Shown: piece after piece, positions 40,931-52,646 of the stretch
How positions within the stretch are numbered: position 1 is the first letter of the stretch
Layout: every line of letters begins with the position of its first letter
Made by a program: the position numbers and the translations under genes
From: Candidatus Aminicenantes bacterium
GTDB taxonomy: Bacteria > Acidobacteriota > Aminicenantia > Aminicenantales > JAFGBC01
DNA: 64,000 bases
Reading direction: 5' to 3'
Assembly (NCBI GenBank): GCA_963702005.1
Contig: OY969696.1
Location: 1,376,001 to 1,440,000, forward strand
Notes under the pieces: generated by a model
Told to the model about the DNA's origin: nothing
What the model saw: the letters and a program-made list of their open reading frames with translations, nothing else
The model's database searches: none

Positions 40931-41106
40931 TGATCCAAGACGTCCAGGCCCAAAGATTATTCCATTCCGGACAGGGGGGGTCAAACGCCGTCCCTACGAA
41001 TTCCGGATCTATGGGACGGCCGGAGCCCCGGTTCGCTCGGATCGGCTTAAAGGTATAGGTTTGGCCCCGCTTTTTTGTTATCATAGTAGCGCTGATCGGA
41101 GCAAAC

Positions 41107-41634
41107 ATGACGCGATCGACGACTGTCATTTGCATCAAGCACGGCGGCAAGACGGCCATGGCCGGCGACGGCCAGGTCTCGATGGGGGAAACCGTCCTCA
41201 AGCAGACGGCCCAGAAAATCCGCCGGCTCCACAAGGGCGCCATCCTGGCCGGTTTCGCGGGCGCGACCTCGGACGCCTTCGCCCTGTTCGCGCGCTTCGA
41301 GGCCAAGCTCGAGGAGTATCGGGGGAACCTGTCGCGAGCCGCCATCGAGCTGGCCAAGGACTGGCGCCTCGACAAGGCCCTGCGCCAGCTCCAGGCCTTG
41401 CTGATCGTGGCCGACAAGGACGGCATGTTCCTCATCTCGGGAACGGGGGACGTCGTCGAACCCGACGACGGGATCCTGGCGATCGGCTCGGGCGGGCCCT
41501 ACGCCCTGGCCGCCGCCCGCGCCCTCCTCCTCCACACCGGCCTTTCGGCCCGGGAGATCGCCCTCGAGGCCATGAAGATCAGCGCCGGGATCTGCGTCTT
41601 CACCAACGCCGAGATCACCGTGGAGGAGCTGTGA
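41107..41634 (+). CDS. hslV: ATP-dependent protease peptidase subunit
   Basis: [28 protein letters not shown]. Confidence 0.96.
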   Translation: MTRSTTVICIKHGGKTAMAGDGQVSMGETVLKQTAQKIRRLHKGAILAGFAGATSDAFALFARFEAKLEEYRGNLSRAAIELAKDWRLDKALRQLQALLIVADKDGMFLISGTGDVVEPDDGILAIGSGGPYALAAARALLLHTGLSAREIALEAMKISAGICVFTNAEITVEEL

Positions 41635-42980
41635 TGGCCGACGACGCCGAGTTGACGCCCCGCCAGATCGTCGCCGAACTCGACAAGTACATCATCGGCC
41701 AGCAAGCCGCTAAGAAGGCCGTCGCGATCGCCCTCCGCAACCGGTTCCGCCGCCGCAAGCTCCCCGCCGAGCTCGCCGACGAAATCGCCCCCAAGAACAT
41801 CCTGATGATCGGGCCGACCGGAGTCGGTAAGACCGAGATCTCGCGCCGGCTGGCCAAGCTGACGTCTTCGCCTTTCCTCAAGATCGAGGCCAGCAAGTTC
41901 ACCGAGGTCGGCTATGTCGGCCGCGATGTCGAGTCCATGATCCGGGACTTGGTCCGGATCGCCGTCGACATGGTCAAGGCCGAGAAGATCGAGGAGATCA
42001 ATGAGAAGGCCGTCCGGAACGTCGAGGAGAAGCTCCTCGACCTTCTTCTCCCCGGCAAGAGGCGGGACGGCGGGCTGGCCGAGACCGAGCCGGATCACTT
42101 CCAGGACACCCGGGAGAAGCTTCGCAAGCAGCTCCGCGAGGGCTTCCTCGAGGAGCGGATCGTCGAGGTCGAGGTCAAGGAGAAGTCGACGGCCCCCCTC
42201 GAGATCATCTCCAACAGCGGCATGGAGGAGATCGGAATCCAGATGCAGGAGCTCATCCCCGGCTTTCTGGGCGGCAAGACCAAGAAACGGAAGTTCAAGG
42301 TCAAGGAAGCCCGGGAAGTCCTGCTCGAGGATGAGCAGAAGCGGCTCATCGACATGGACCAGGTCGCCCGGCTGGCCATCGAGCGGGTCGAGCACAGCGG
42401 CATCATCTTCCTGGACGAGGTCGATAAGATAGCCGGCCGCGAGTCGGGCCGCGGGCCCGAGGTCAGCCGAGAGGGCGTCCAGCGCGACCTGCTGCCGATC
42501 ATCGAGGGGACGACCGTCAACTCCCGCTACGGCCTGGTCCGGACCGACCACATCCTGTTCATCGGCGCCGGCGCTTTCCATGTCTCCAAGCCGGCCGACC
42601 TCATACCCGAGCTCCAAGGCCGGTTCCCGATCCGGGTCGAGCTGACTCCGCTCGACAAGGGCGATTTCATCCGGATTCTGACCGAACCCGAAAACGCCCT
42701 CATCAAGCAGTACGAGGCCCTGATGGCCACCGAGGGCGTCCGGGTCAAGTTCAGCCAGGACGCCATCGACGAGATCGCCGACACGGCTGAGAAGGTCAAC
42801 GAAGACGCCGAGAACATCGGCGCCCGCCGGCTCCATACGATCATGGAGAAGGTCATGGAGGAGATTTCCTTCGAGGCCCCCAATATCAAGCTTAAGGACA
42901 TCCGCATCGACCGCGATTATGTCCGCGACCAGCTCAAGGACATCATGAAGGATCAAGACCTGAGGCGCTTTATCCTCTGA
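41634..42980 (+). CDS. hslU: ATP-dependent protease ATPase subunit
   Basis: ATG overlaps the hslV stop; [31 protein letters not shown]. Confidence 0.97.
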   Translation: MADDAELTPRQIVAELDKYIIGQQAAKKAVAIALRNRFRRRKLPAELADEIAPKNILMIGPTGVGKTEISRRLAKLTSSPFLKIEASKFTEVGYVGRDVESMIRDLVRIAVDMVKAEKIEEINEKAVRNVEEKLLDLLLPGKRRDGGLAETEPDHFQDTREKLRKQLREGFLEERIVEVEVKEKSTAPLEIISNSGMEEIGIQMQELIPGFLGGKTKKRKFKVKEAREVLLEDEQKRLIDMDQVARLAIERVEHSGIIFLDEVDKIAGRESGRGPEVSREGVQRDLLPIIEGTTVNSRYGLVRTDHILFIGAGAFHVSKPADLIPELQGRFPIRVELTPLDKGDFIRILTEPENALIKQYEALMATEGVRVKFSQDAIDEIADTAEKVNEDAENIGARRLHTIMEKVMEEISFEAPNIKLKDIRIDRDYVRDQLKDIMKDQDLRRFIL

Positions 42981-44371
42981 TGACTCGACGCGCGTTCCTG
43001 TTCCTCCTCGCTTTCGGGATACTCCTTGCCCCGGGCTGCGGGAAAAAAGGTCCGGTCCAGGCTCCCCTCATCCGGATCCCTCAGAAGGTCGAGGATTTCA
43101 AGGCCTTCCAGAGAGGGGACAAGCTCCGCCTCGAATGGAAGCTGCCCGTGACCTATTCCGACGGGACCCCTTTTTCCAAGCCGGTCGAGGTCGAAATCTG
43201 GCTGGTCAAGGAAGAGCCCCCGGCTCTTCCGCTGCCCCCTGCCGGGAAGGAACAGGCCGCGAAAAAGCCGGAGACGGCCGCCTCAAAACCCGCCCAAGCG
43301 GAGGAAAAGGCGCCGGCCCCCGTCGCGGCGATCCCTACGCCGGAAATAAAACAGGCCCAAACCGAGACGCCTCCGGCGGCGCCGCCCGAAAAGGCTCCCG
43401 CTCAAGCCCAAGCCGCGGCGGCCCAGACCGAAAAGACTCAAGCGCAGGCCGCTCAAACGACGACGACTCAAGCGGCTCCGGCGCCCGTCCAAACCCTGGA
43501 AAGCCCGGAGGGTGTTTCGGTCTCGGGCGAAATGCCCTTGGAGATGTTCAAGGACAAGGCGGTCTTGGCCTCGAGCGTCCCGACGGATTTCCTGGCCCAG
43601 CCGCCCAAGGCGCCGGAGTTAGCCTCTCTCTCCCAGTCCTACGAGTATGCCCTGGACCTCGGCCAACTCAAGAGCCGCTACACGTTCGCCGTCTGCGTCA
43701 AAGACCACCGTAAAAAATATTCGGACTATTCGTCGAGGATCACGCTCGCCCCCAAGATCATGACCCAGCCCCCGAGGAACCTGAAGGCGACCCTTTATCC
43801 GGAGAAGATCGTTTTGTCCTGGGAGCCGCCCGCCGCTAATATCGACTCTTCGCCGTCGGTTGCGGTTCCCGGCTATTCCGTTTTCAGATCCCGAGGGAGC
43901 GACCTCCCCGAGATCATGAACAAATGGAGCCTGGTGAAAGAGACGGAATTCGTGGACCGGGAGTTCGAATTCGGCGTGATCTACCGCTATACGGTCCGGG
44001 CCGCGCTCAACGAAGCCCCTCCGCGCCTGGAGAGCGCCGATTCTCCGGTCGTTGAGATCACGCCCAAGGACACCTTTCCGCCCGCGGCGCCCTCGGGCCT
44101 CAAGACCATCGCCGGGGCGGGTTTCATCAGCCTGAGTTGGGAGAGCAACCAGGAAACGGACATGGCCGGCTATCGGGTCTGGCGGAGGACCCAGGCCGAG
44201 GAAGAGTTCCGGCTCCTGACCGAAGCGCCCATCCTGGAGACGAATTATAGCGACAGATCGGTCCAATCCGGAGTCCATTATTTGTACGCCCTTTCAGCCC
44301 TGGATAAAAGCGGAAACGAGAGCCGCAAAGCGAAAGCCGTCTCCGAGACGGCCCGGAGTCCGCGGCCGTGA
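42980..44371 (+). CDS. Lipoprotein with CGKKGP motif, Pro/Ala/Gln-rich linker and fibronectin type III domains
   Basis: Lipobox LAPGC; LSWEPP..GYSVFR and DTFPPAAP..LSW..GYRVWR..GNES FN3 motifs. Confidence 0.8.
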   Translation: MTRRAFLFLLAFGILLAPGCGKKGPVQAPLIRIPQKVEDFKAFQRGDKLRLEWKLPVTYSDGTPFSKPVEVEIWLVKEEPPALPLPPAGKEQAAKKPETAASKPAQAEEKAPAPVAAIPTPEIKQAQTETPPAAPPEKAPAQAQAAAAQTEKTQAQAAQTTTTQAAPAPVQTLESPEGVSVSGEMPLEMFKDKAVLASSVPTDFLAQPPKAPELASLSQSYEYALDLGQLKSRYTFAVCVKDHRKKYSDYSSRITLAPKIMTQPPRNLKATLYPEKIVLSWEPPAANIDSSPSVAVPGYSVFRSRGSDLPEIMNKWSLVKETEFVDREFEFGVIYRYTVRAALNEAPPRLESADSPVVEITPKDTFPPAAPSGLKTIAGAGFISLSWESNQETDMAGYRVWRRTQAEEEFRLLTEAPILETNYSDRSVQSGVHYLYALSALDKSGNESRKAKAVSETARSPRP

Positions 44372-45138
44372 AGATTTACCGCTTCGAACGGGCCGGGATC
44401 GTGTCCTACGGCCTTCTCGATGAGGACCTCCTCCGGGTCGTCCGCGGCTCGATCAGCGAGGGCTTCGAGTCCGGACCCGAGGCGGTTCCGATCGGCGAGG
44501 TTCGCATCCTGGCGCCGACCCTTCCCTCCAAGATCGTGGCCGTCGGCGTCAACTATAAAGCCCATGCCCTCGAGCGCGGCCGCGGCCTTCCTTCCGAACC
44601 GCTCCTCTTCCTCAAGCCGCCCAGTGCGCTCATCGGGCCCGGCGACGCCATCGTCCATCCTCCCATGTCCGCACGGGTCGACTTCGAGGGCGAGCTGGCC
44701 CTGGTCATCCGGAAGACGGCCGCCCGCCTCAAGGACGACGACCCCGTCGAGGATTACATCCTGGGCTACACCTGCTTCAACGATGTCACCGCCCGCGACC
44801 TCCAGGACAAAGACGTCCAATTTACGCGGGCCAAGTCGTTCGACACCTTCGCCGCGGCCGGCCCCTGCATCGCCACGGGCCTCGACCCCGGTCGCCTCGC
44901 CCTCAAGACGTTCGTCAACGGCAAGCTTCGGCAGTCCGGGCACACCTCCGACCTGATCTTCCCCGTGCCGGTCCTCGTCCGGTTTATCTCCCGGATCATG
45001 ACCCTTCTGCCCGGCGATATCATCACGACCGGGACTCCCTCCGGGATAGGTCCGCTGGCGCCCGGGGACCGCGTCGACGTCCAAATCGAGGGGATCGGAA
45101 CCCTGTCCAATCACGTTATTATGGGAGAAGGAGGCTGA
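44368..45138 (+). CDS. Fumarylacetoacetate hydrolase family protein
   Basis: [34 protein letters not shown]. Confidence 0.93.
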   Translation: MKIYRFERAGIVSYGLLDEDLLRVVRGSISEGFESGPEAVPIGEVRILAPTLPSKIVAVGVNYKAHALERGRGLPSEPLLFLKPPSALIGPGDAIVHPPMSARVDFEGELALVIRKTAARLKDDDPVEDYILGYTCFNDVTARDLQDKDVQFTRAKSFDTFAAAGPCIATGLDPGRLALKTFVNGKLRQSGHTSDLIFPVPVLVRFISRIMTLLPGDIITTGTPSGIGPLAPGDRVDVQIEGIGTLSNHVIMGEGG

Positions 45139-45139
45139 G

Positions 45140-45784
45140 ATGAAGTTCTTCCTGGATACGGCCAATCTCGAAGAGATCAAGGCGGTCGCCGCCTGGGGGA
45201 TTCTGGACGGCGTCACCACGAATCCGTCGCTCGTTTCCAAGGAGAGCCGGCCGTTCAAGGACCTCATCGCGGAGATCAGCCGGATCGTGCCCGGTCCCAT
45301 CAGCGTCGAGTGCGTTTCGACCGAAGCCGGCGCCATCGTCCGGGAGGCCAAGGCTCTGGCCGGGATCGCGCCCAACGTCGTCATCAAGATCCCGATCGGA
45401 GTCGAGGGGCTCAAGGCCACCAAGGCCCTGGCCCGGGACGGCGTCAAAGTCAACATGACCCTCATCTTTTCGTCGGGACAAGCCCTCCTGGCGGCCAAGG
45501 CCGGCGCCGCCTACGTCAGCCCCTTCATCGGCCGGCTCGACGACGTCTCCCAGGATGGGATGGAGCTCATCGAGGAAATCGCGGCCATCTACGGCAATTA
45601 CGACTATACGACCGAGATCATCGTCGCCAGCATCCGCCATCCCCGCCACGTCATCGAAGCCGCCCTTATCGGCGCCGACATCGCCACGATCCCCTTCGCG
45701 GTCATGGAAAAACTCGTCCAGCACCCGTTGACCGACATCGGGATCGCCAAGTTTCTCAAGGATTGGGGGAAGGTCAAATCCTGA
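45140..45784 (+). CDS. Transaldolase / fructose-6-phosphate aldolase family
   Basis: [34 protein letters not shown]. Confidence 0.94.
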   Translation: MKFFLDTANLEEIKAVAAWGILDGVTTNPSLVSKESRPFKDLIAEISRIVPGPISVECVSTEAGAIVREAKALAGIAPNVVIKIPIGVEGLKATKALARDGVKVNMTLIFSSGQALLAAKAGAAYVSPFIGRLDDVSQDGMELIEEIAAIYGNYDYTTEIIVASIRHPRHVIEAALIGADIATIPFAVMEKLVQHPLTDIGIAKFLKDWGKVKS

Positions 45785-45794
45785 CCGAGCGCTC

Positions 45795-48700
45795 ATGGCC
45801 TCATGGCGGAAGCTCAGACCGATCGCGGCCGTCCTGGTCGTCGGAGGGCTCATCCTGGCCGCGGGACAATTTGCGAAGTCCTATTTCCTGAGCCAAGTCC
45901 GCCGCAGGGTTGAAGCGTCCTTTCTTTTCGACGAGCTCCGGGTGTCCTTTTTCCCGCCCGCCCTGGTCCTCAAGAACGTCCGGACCAAGCCGCCCTCGGA
46001 GGTCTTCGCGGCCCGGGCCGTGGCCGTTCAGATTTCCTACCTCTCCCTGCTCAAGAGGGACAAGCCCCTCGTCGTTTTCATGGACGGGCCCGTCCTGTCT
46101 TTGGATGATGCCATCTGGCGCTCCGCCGGGAAGAAGCGGCGCCCCCTGTTTCCGCTGCCCTTTTCCATCGAGCGCGGCCTCGTCAAGGACGGCAGGATTA
46201 TCTTTAAAAATAAGGATCTGATCCTGGACCTCCGGAAATTCAGGGCCGTCCTGAAGCAGAAAGGGAGCTCATTCTCCTGCCGCGGCGACTGGGAGGATTC
46301 CCTTCTCAGGGTCGTCGCGTCCGGCCGCGAGCTGGCCGGAGCGGGAAGCCTGTCCCTGTACGGAGAGGGCGAGGAGATCAACGTCAAGAAGTTGGCCCTG
46401 TCCGGGACCGAGCTGAGCCTGAACGCGAAAGGCCGGATCGTCGGCCTAAACGACCCAAAGCTCCGTCTGAAAGTCTTCGTCCGCCTCCCCGCGGACGTTC
46501 CGGCCCGGATCATCGGCCTCCCCTTTGTCTGGAGCGGCCGCATCGAAGGAAAGGGCGATCTCCTCCGGGACGCCAAGGGCTTTTTCTGCAGAGCGGCCCT
46601 TGCCAGCCGGGACCTCGTCCTCAACCGGGTGCCGCTCGGGCGCGTCTCGGGGAATCTCGAGGTCGGGCCCAAGCTGACCGGCCGGGTCGAGGTCAATATC
46701 CTCAGCCGGGAATCGCGCCTCGAGTTCGCCGCCATCGACTTCGAGGGAGACCGTGTCCGGGGCATCGTCCGCAACTTCGGGCTCGAACCCATCGTAAGCG
46801 GGTTCGACATCCCCTGGCCGGTCCGGTCGCCGTTCTGGGGCTCCTTTAATGCCATCTCCCAAAGGGTCACCGCCGACGGGGAATTCAGGGATGAGATCCA
46901 GAAGCCGACCGGATCGCGCTTCCATTTCAACGGGCCGGTCAGCTTGACCTGGGACGGAAAGGAGACGCTCCTCTTCTCCACCCCCGAGATTCGCTCCAGC
47001 TTCGCCGTCGTCAAGGCCAAAGGCCGCTTGAACGTCCTTAAGGATTGCGATATCGAGATCGGCGGCGACGTCCTGGATGTCCGCCAGACCCGGCGCTTTC
47101 TCTCGCTCATCCTGCGCCAGACCTGGACTTTTCCCGACATCCGCGGCCGCGGCAAGGCCCGGGTCCGGATCACGGGCCGGTCCGCGCTTCCCCGCGTCGA
47201 CGCCGAGGTGGACCTGGCGCCGGGGGGCTTCGACAAGTTCAACGCCCGGTCCGTGACCGGAACGGCCCAGGTCCTCGGCTACCGCTTCCAGGGCCGGTTC
47301 GCCGTCAAGGATCCCCAGTTCGAGGGCGAGGTCACCGTCGACGCCGACGCCGAGAAATATAGCACCCGGCTTCGGGCCGACCGGGCCAGGGTCGAAACGG
47401 TCCTGGCCGGGCTCGAGATCCCGCTCCCGCTCAAGGGGGAAGCTCGAGGGACCTTCGACATCTCCCAGAAGATCAGCGACCCGGACGTGACCGCCGACGG
47501 GGATTTCACGGCGACCGAATTGTCGTTCCTGGATCAAAAGCTCAGCGACGTTTCGGGGCGGTTGGGCTGGGCGAACGGGACTCTGTCCTTGAAAGGCCTG
47601 CGCTTCGCCGTCTGTCGCGGCGAAGTCCAAGGAGACGCTCGGCTGGGAATCCTGGATCACGGCTTCGACCTCGACATCAAGGGCCGGGGGATCGATCTCG
47701 CCGCCTTCGCCCCCAAGCTCCAGGGCCGGCTCCGCTTCGACTGCAAGGGCAAAGGAACCTTCGGGACGGAAACGGCGCCCGGGACGTTCGCCCTCGAAGA
47801 TGTCCTCATCGATCCCTTTCCAAAGACGCGGGCCGCGGGCGGCCTCGAAGTCAACTACGATTTCTCCGCCAACGTCCTGGGCCTCAAGGTCAAGGGCAAC
47901 GTTGAGCCCGGGGCCAATGATTTCGACGCCGAATGCCGCATCCCCTTCGACCAGCGCCCCGTCGACATCAACCTCAAGGGGTCGTTCAGCAACCTCGAGC
48001 TCCTCGTCCCCTTCAAGGGCGCCCAGGGGAAGGTCAATTATCTCGGCGAAGTCCGGGCCGAGAAGGGGGGGCCCGGGTCCGGGGCGTCGTCGATTTCCAG
48101 GGTCCGGTCTTCCCGATTCCCTATTTCGCCCACGCCGTCAACGACTATTCCGGGCTCGTCTTCGTCGAGAACGAGCGCCTCATCGTCCGCTCCCTGCGCG
48201 GGACTCTCGGCGGCGGCGTCGTCCAGGGCTCGGGCGAGATCGGTCTCGGGGAAGGGAGCGTTGCCACGATCGACCTCCGGGCCGAGGCCCGCGACATGCT
48301 CGTCTCTCCCTTCGAGCGGACCAGGGGCCTCGCCGACGGCTCCGTCCACCTCGTCAAGAATCCGGGCCAGTTCCTTCTCGAGGGGACGTTCGACGTCAAG
48401 CGTTTGTCTTGGCGGAGGGAGGTCTACGAGGAAGTCACCTTCTCGACGGCCGAAGAGCTCGGACCCCGCCCGCCCGGCTTCTTCGACGACCTCAACCTCA
48501 ATCTCCGCTTCCGGTCGGCGGGCGACGCTTGGCTGGATAATTCTCTGGGCCGGGTCAACGGCCGCTTCGACCTGACCGTGATCGGGAGCGTCCGCTCGCC
48601 CATCCTGCTCGGCGACATCGAGGCCTTGGACGGAAGCGTCAACTTCCAGGACCGGACGTTCAAAATCCTCAAGGGACGGGTCAGCTTCCTCAACCCCCTC

Positions 48701-49210
48701 GTCGTCGAACCGACCATCGATATCAAGGGCGAGACCTACGTCAAGGACTATCGGGTCACGGTTTCGGTCGCAGGCTCGTTGGACCGGCTCAAAACCGAGT
48801 TCAGCTCATCGCCGCCGCTGCCGCCCGAGGACGTCCTGGCCCTGCTGGCCTTGGGCGAAGCCTTCCGGCGGACCTATTCCTACGACCGGAGCACCCAGCA
48901 GAGCACGGCCTCGCTCCTCTCTTTTCAACTCGCCGAGAAGGCCAAGCTGGGGACGCAGAAGCTCTTCGTTATCGACCGTTTCCGGATCGATCCCTTCATC
49001 ATGGGGACTTCGGCCGAGATGACGGCGCGGCTCTCGCTGGGGAAGAAAATTACTAAAAACCTGTTCATCCTCTATTCGACCAATCTCACCACCCAGCGCG
49101 AAGAGATCGTCCGGATCGAATGGGAGATGAGCAACGAGTTCTCGCTGGTGGGCATCCGGGACGAACTCGGCCGGGTCAGCTTCGACCTCAAGGTCAGGCG
49201 GAGGTTTTAG
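45795..49210 (+). CDS. tamB: TamB/AsmA-like translocation and assembly protein, split by a 1-nt frameshift at the G7 run 48065-48071
   Basis: N-terminal anchor and beta-taco-like repeats; C-terminal DUF490-like FSSSPPLPPEDVLALL..RRRF in ORF 47933..49210. One extra G joins EKGG to ARVRGVVDF. Confidence 0.8.
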
Positions 49211-49213
49211 GGA

Positions 49214-51961
49214 ATGGGGATGAGGAGGACAACGGCCGCGATCCTGCTCCTGGCGGGGAGCGTTTCCATCCCGCGGGTCGTTCCTGGTGCGCCGCAGTCA
49301 GCGCAGCCGACCGTCCCCGTGGTCGCTTCGGTCGAGGTCCGGGTTGACGGACGGATTGCCGATCCGGACATCGCCGAACTCATTCCGATCCGGGCCGGCG
49401 AGGCGTTCTCGTTGAAGAGGATCACGAACGCGATCAAACAGGTCTACCTGACCGGACTTTTTGCCGACGTCCAGGTCCTCAAGGACGGGACGAACCGCAT
49501 CGCCCTGACCTTCCTGCTCGCCCGCAAGGTCGTCGTCGGCAGGATCTCCGTTACGGGAGACGAACGGATCCCCCAGAAAAGGATCCTGGCTCGGCTCGAA
49601 TCCCTCAAGCCGGGAGGGGAATTCAGCGAGGAAAAAAGCGGGCGGGCCGTCGAGGAGGTCAGGGCCGCCCTGGAGAGCGAAGGATTCTTTTCTTCCGACG
49701 TTCGCCTCCTGACCGAACGCGACCCGTTGTCCAACACGGCCGACGTCCGGTTTGAGGTCCGTTCCGCCCGGCGCTTTATGATCCAGCGGATCGATTTCAT
49801 CCCCCAGGGCGAACTCGTCCGGGACGACAAGCTCAAGGATCGGATGAAAAGCCGGGAGGGGAGCGAATTCGTCCCGGCCGTCCTCTCCGAGGACCTGGCG
49901 CGGATCAAGGCCTTTTACGTCGGGCGCGGCTACCAGCGGGCCGAGGTCGCCGTCGAGAATCAGGTCTTCGACCAGAAGAGCCGTCACATCCACTTGACCT
50001 TGAGGGTCGCGCTCAACGAACGGATCGAGATCGTCGTCAAGGGAGCCCGCGTGCCGGCCGACCTCGTCAAGCCCATCTGGGAGGAACGGATCTTCGAGGA
50101 ATGGGGCTTGAGCGAGGGCGAGGCCAGGATTGTGACTTATCTGCGGAGGAGGGGATATCTATTCGCGTCGGTCCGCTCCTCGATCGAACGGGACGGGAAC
50201 TTGATCCGGATCATCCATGATGTCGATCCCGGTCAGCGCTTCACGGTGACTCGGCTGTCCTTCGTCGGAGCCTCCTATTTCGGCGAACGGGGCATCAAAC
50301 GCGAGCTGGGCTTGAGCGAAACACTCTCCCTGTTCGGCGTCATCGAGGGAGACCGCCTGTTCGGCTTGCCCCGCGAGATCGAGCTTCTCTACCGGTCTCA
50401 AGGTTTCGCCAATCCCAAGGTCGCCTTCGACTTGACCCAGGAGGGGGCAAAGATCCGGGCCGTCTTCAAAATCGACGAGGGCCCCCAGCAGCGGGTCGAA
50501 AGCATCCTCATCGTCGGGGCCTCGCTTTTCAGCGCCGAGACCCTGCTCGTGACCATCAAAAGCCGGCGGGGCGGGCCCTATTTCGCCGCCAACATGCAGC
50601 GCGACATCGAGGAGATGGAGACTTTCTACCTCGACCAGGGAATCCGGGGGACCACGGTCGTGACCCGGGTCGAGGAACCCCGGCCCAACGCGTTCACCGT
50701 CCGTTTCGAGGTCGATGAGGGCCAGCAGGTCCGCATCGGCAAGATCCTCATCTCCGGAAACAGGATCACCCGGCGCAGGACCATCCAGCGCGAGATAAGA
50801 GTCGGCGAGGGCGAGCCGGCCCGCTATCGCTCCATCCAGGAGACGAAGCAGCGTCTCGAGAACCTGGGGATCTTTTCCGAGGTCAAGGTCGAAGAAGTCC
50901 CGGTCGGGCCGGGCCTCGAGAACCTCGTCGTCAGCGTCAGGGAGGGCGAGCTCAACTACGCAGGGCTCGGCGTCGGACTCGAAACCAAGAACGAGCCCAA
51001 GACCTTCGCCGTTTGGGACAACGTCATCCGGCCCCGCGGTACGGCCGAGTACATCCGGACGAACGTCTTCGGGACGGGCGCCCAGCTGAGCCTGGTCGGA
51101 CAGTTCAGCCTCAAGGAGAAACGGGCGGTCGCCTCCTGGGAGCAGCCCTATCTGTTCGGCCTTCGGCTCGAGACCTTCCTTAACGCCTGGATCGAGCGCG
51201 AGGAGCGGACGAGCTATGGATTCGAGCGGCGCGGCATCAGCCTGACCTCGATCAAGCCCTTGTCCAAGGAGTTCATGGTCCTGGGCACTCTTCGCTGGGA
51301 TCGGACCATTCTCTATTTTCTCGAGATCTCGGAGTCCGAGGTCGACCGCGAGCACGTTCCCTACTCGACGACCTCCCTGTCGACGAGTTTCATCTGGGAC
51401 CGGCGGGACGACAGCGCCAACCCGGTCCGGGGCTCTTTCCTGAGCGGGGCGGTCGACTGGGCCTACCCGCTGTTCAAGACGGAATCCGTCTACCTGAAAT
51501 CGTTTGTCAAATACCAGCATGTCGTCCGCATCCTAACGGATTTCGGCTTTCACCTGACGGGGCGGATGGGCTTGGGGATGGGCCGGATGCCGATCCACGA
51601 GCGGTTCTTCGGCGGGGGCAGCAATTCCTTCCGGGGCTGCGAATTCGAGAAGCTGGGGCCCAAGGATGCGTCCTCCGGTCTTCCGCTGGGAGGGAAAGCC
51701 CTCCTCCTCCTCAATTTCGAGCTGCGCTTTCCCCTGTTCACCTCGTTTCGCGACCTGAGCGGAGCGATCTTCCTGGACGCGGGAAACGTCTGGAACAATA
51801 GGAAGGAATTCAACCTGTTCGCCTTGGAGCGGGCCCTGGGCTTCGGTATCCGCTACCGGACGCCGCTCGGCCCGGTCCGCTTCGACCTGGCCTGGAACTT
51901 GGACGCGCCCGAGCGCAAAGGGAAGCCTCTGGCGTTCATCACGATCGGCAACGTGTTTTAA
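49214..51961 (+). CDS. Omp85 family protein (TamA/BamA-like, multiple POTRA domains)
   Basis: POTRA motifs (YLTGLFADV, GNRITRRRTIQRE), RFFGGGSNSFRG, YRTPLGPVRFD, terminal Phe. Confidence 0.92.
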   Translation: MGMRRTTAAILLLAGSVSIPRVVPGAPQSAQPTVPVVASVEVRVDGRIADPDIAELIPIRAGEAFSLKRITNAIKQVYLTGLFADVQVLKDGTNRIALTFLLARKVVVGRISVTGDERIPQKRILARLESLKPGGEFSEEKSGRAVEEVRAALESEGFFSSDVRLLTERDPLSNTADVRFEVRSARRFMIQRIDFIPQGELVRDDKLKDRMKSREGSEFVPAVLSEDLARIKAFYVGRGYQRAEVAVENQVFDQKSRHIHLTLRVALNERIEIVVKGARVPADLVKPIWEERIFEEWGLSEGEARIVTYLRRRGYLFASVRSSIERDGNLIRIIHDVDPGQRFTVTRLSFVGASYFGERGIKRELGLSETLSLFGVIEGDRLFGLPREIELLYRSQGFANPKVAFDLTQEGAKIRAVFKIDEGPQQRVESILIVGASLFSAETLLVTIKSRRGGPYFAANMQRDIEEMETFYLDQGIRGTTVVTRVEEPRPNAFTVRFEVDEGQQVRIGKILISGNRITRRRTIQREIRVGEGEPARYRSIQETKQRLENLGIFSEVKVEEVPVGPGLENLVVSVREGELNYAGLGVGLETKNEPKTFAVWDNVIRPRGTAEYIRTNVFGTGAQLSLVGQFSLKEKRAVASWEQPYLFGLRLETFLNAWIEREERTSYGFERRGISLTSIKPLSKEFMVLGTLRWDRTILYFLEISESEVDREHVPYSTTSLSTSFIWDRRDDSANPVRGSFLSGAVDWAYPLFKTESVYLKSFVKYQHVVRILTDFGFHLTGRMGLGMGRMPIHERFFGGGSNSFRGCEFEKLGPKDASSGLPLGGKALLLLNFELRFPLFTSFRDLSGAIFLDAGNVWNNRKEFNLFALERALGFGIRYRTPLGPVRFDLAWNLDAPERKGKPLAFITIGNVF

Positions 51962-51962
51962 A

Positions 51963-52643
51963 ATGAGAAAAGGACGGTCTCTTCCGTTTCGAGCCGGCGC
52001 GCCGGCCGCCGCCGTCCTCGTTCTTTGCCTCGCCGCGCCGGCCGGCGAGATCGTCGACTGCCTGGCGGCCGTCGTCAACGGCCAGCCCGTGACGCTGACC
52101 GATGTCCGGATCGTCGACGCCTTCGGGCTTTACCGCGAGGAGCTCCCGGCCGCCCCCGGCGACCGGCTCTTCCGAATCCTGGAGAGGATCGTCGACCAGA
52201 AGGCCGTCATCCAATTCGCCGGGGGAAGCGTCTCCATCCCCGAGGCCGAGATCCAATCGGCTCTGCGCAATCTCCTCGATGAGATCGGCCCGGACGCCGT
52301 TCAAGAGAAGCTCCAGACTTTCGACATCGACCTCGACGATGTCATGAGAATCCTCCAGGAGAAATTCGTATTCCAAAGGATCATCGAGCTGAGGTTCAGC
52401 CGGAGTGTCACGGTCAGCCTCCAGGAAATAGAGGACTATTATCAACGCGTTTATGCATCCGATCAAACCCGGAAAGGACTTCAGCCCGAGCCGATGATCG
52501 CCCTTCTCCAAGACATCGAAGCCCGGATCCGCCAGGAGAAGATCGACGCCCAGGCCGCGCTCTGGATCCGGAATCTGCGCGGCCAGGCCGAAATCGAGTT
52601 CCGCTATGACTGGATGAGACAAATCTTCCGCAACAAGGAGTGA
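51963..52643 (+). CDS. SurA N-terminal-domain-like periplasmic chaperone
   Basis: IVDCLAAVVNGQPVTLTDV..WIRNLRGQAEI. Confidence 0.75.
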   Translation: MRKGRSLPFRAGAPAAAVLVLCLAAPAGEIVDCLAAVVNGQPVTLTDVRIVDAFGLYREELPAAPGDRLFRILERIVDQKAVIQFAGGSVSIPEAEIQSALRNLLDEIGPDAVQEKLQTFDIDLDDVMRILQEKFVFQRIIELRFSRSVTVSLQEIEDYYQRVYASDQTRKGLQPEPMIALLQDIEARIRQEKIDAQAALWIRNLRGQAEIEFRYDWMRQIFRNKE

Positions 52644-52646
52644 AGG

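Noticed and set aside
40854-41633. Long N-terminal extensions of hslU (also korB from 33186 and sucC from 20195) in the ORF track
   Set aside because: They overlap real upstream genes or promoters; family-typical starts lie at 41634, 34281 and 20012.
43230-43500. Apparent repeats in the lipoprotein gene
   Set aside because: Low-complexity Ala/Pro/Gln linker codons, not a discrete DNA repeat.
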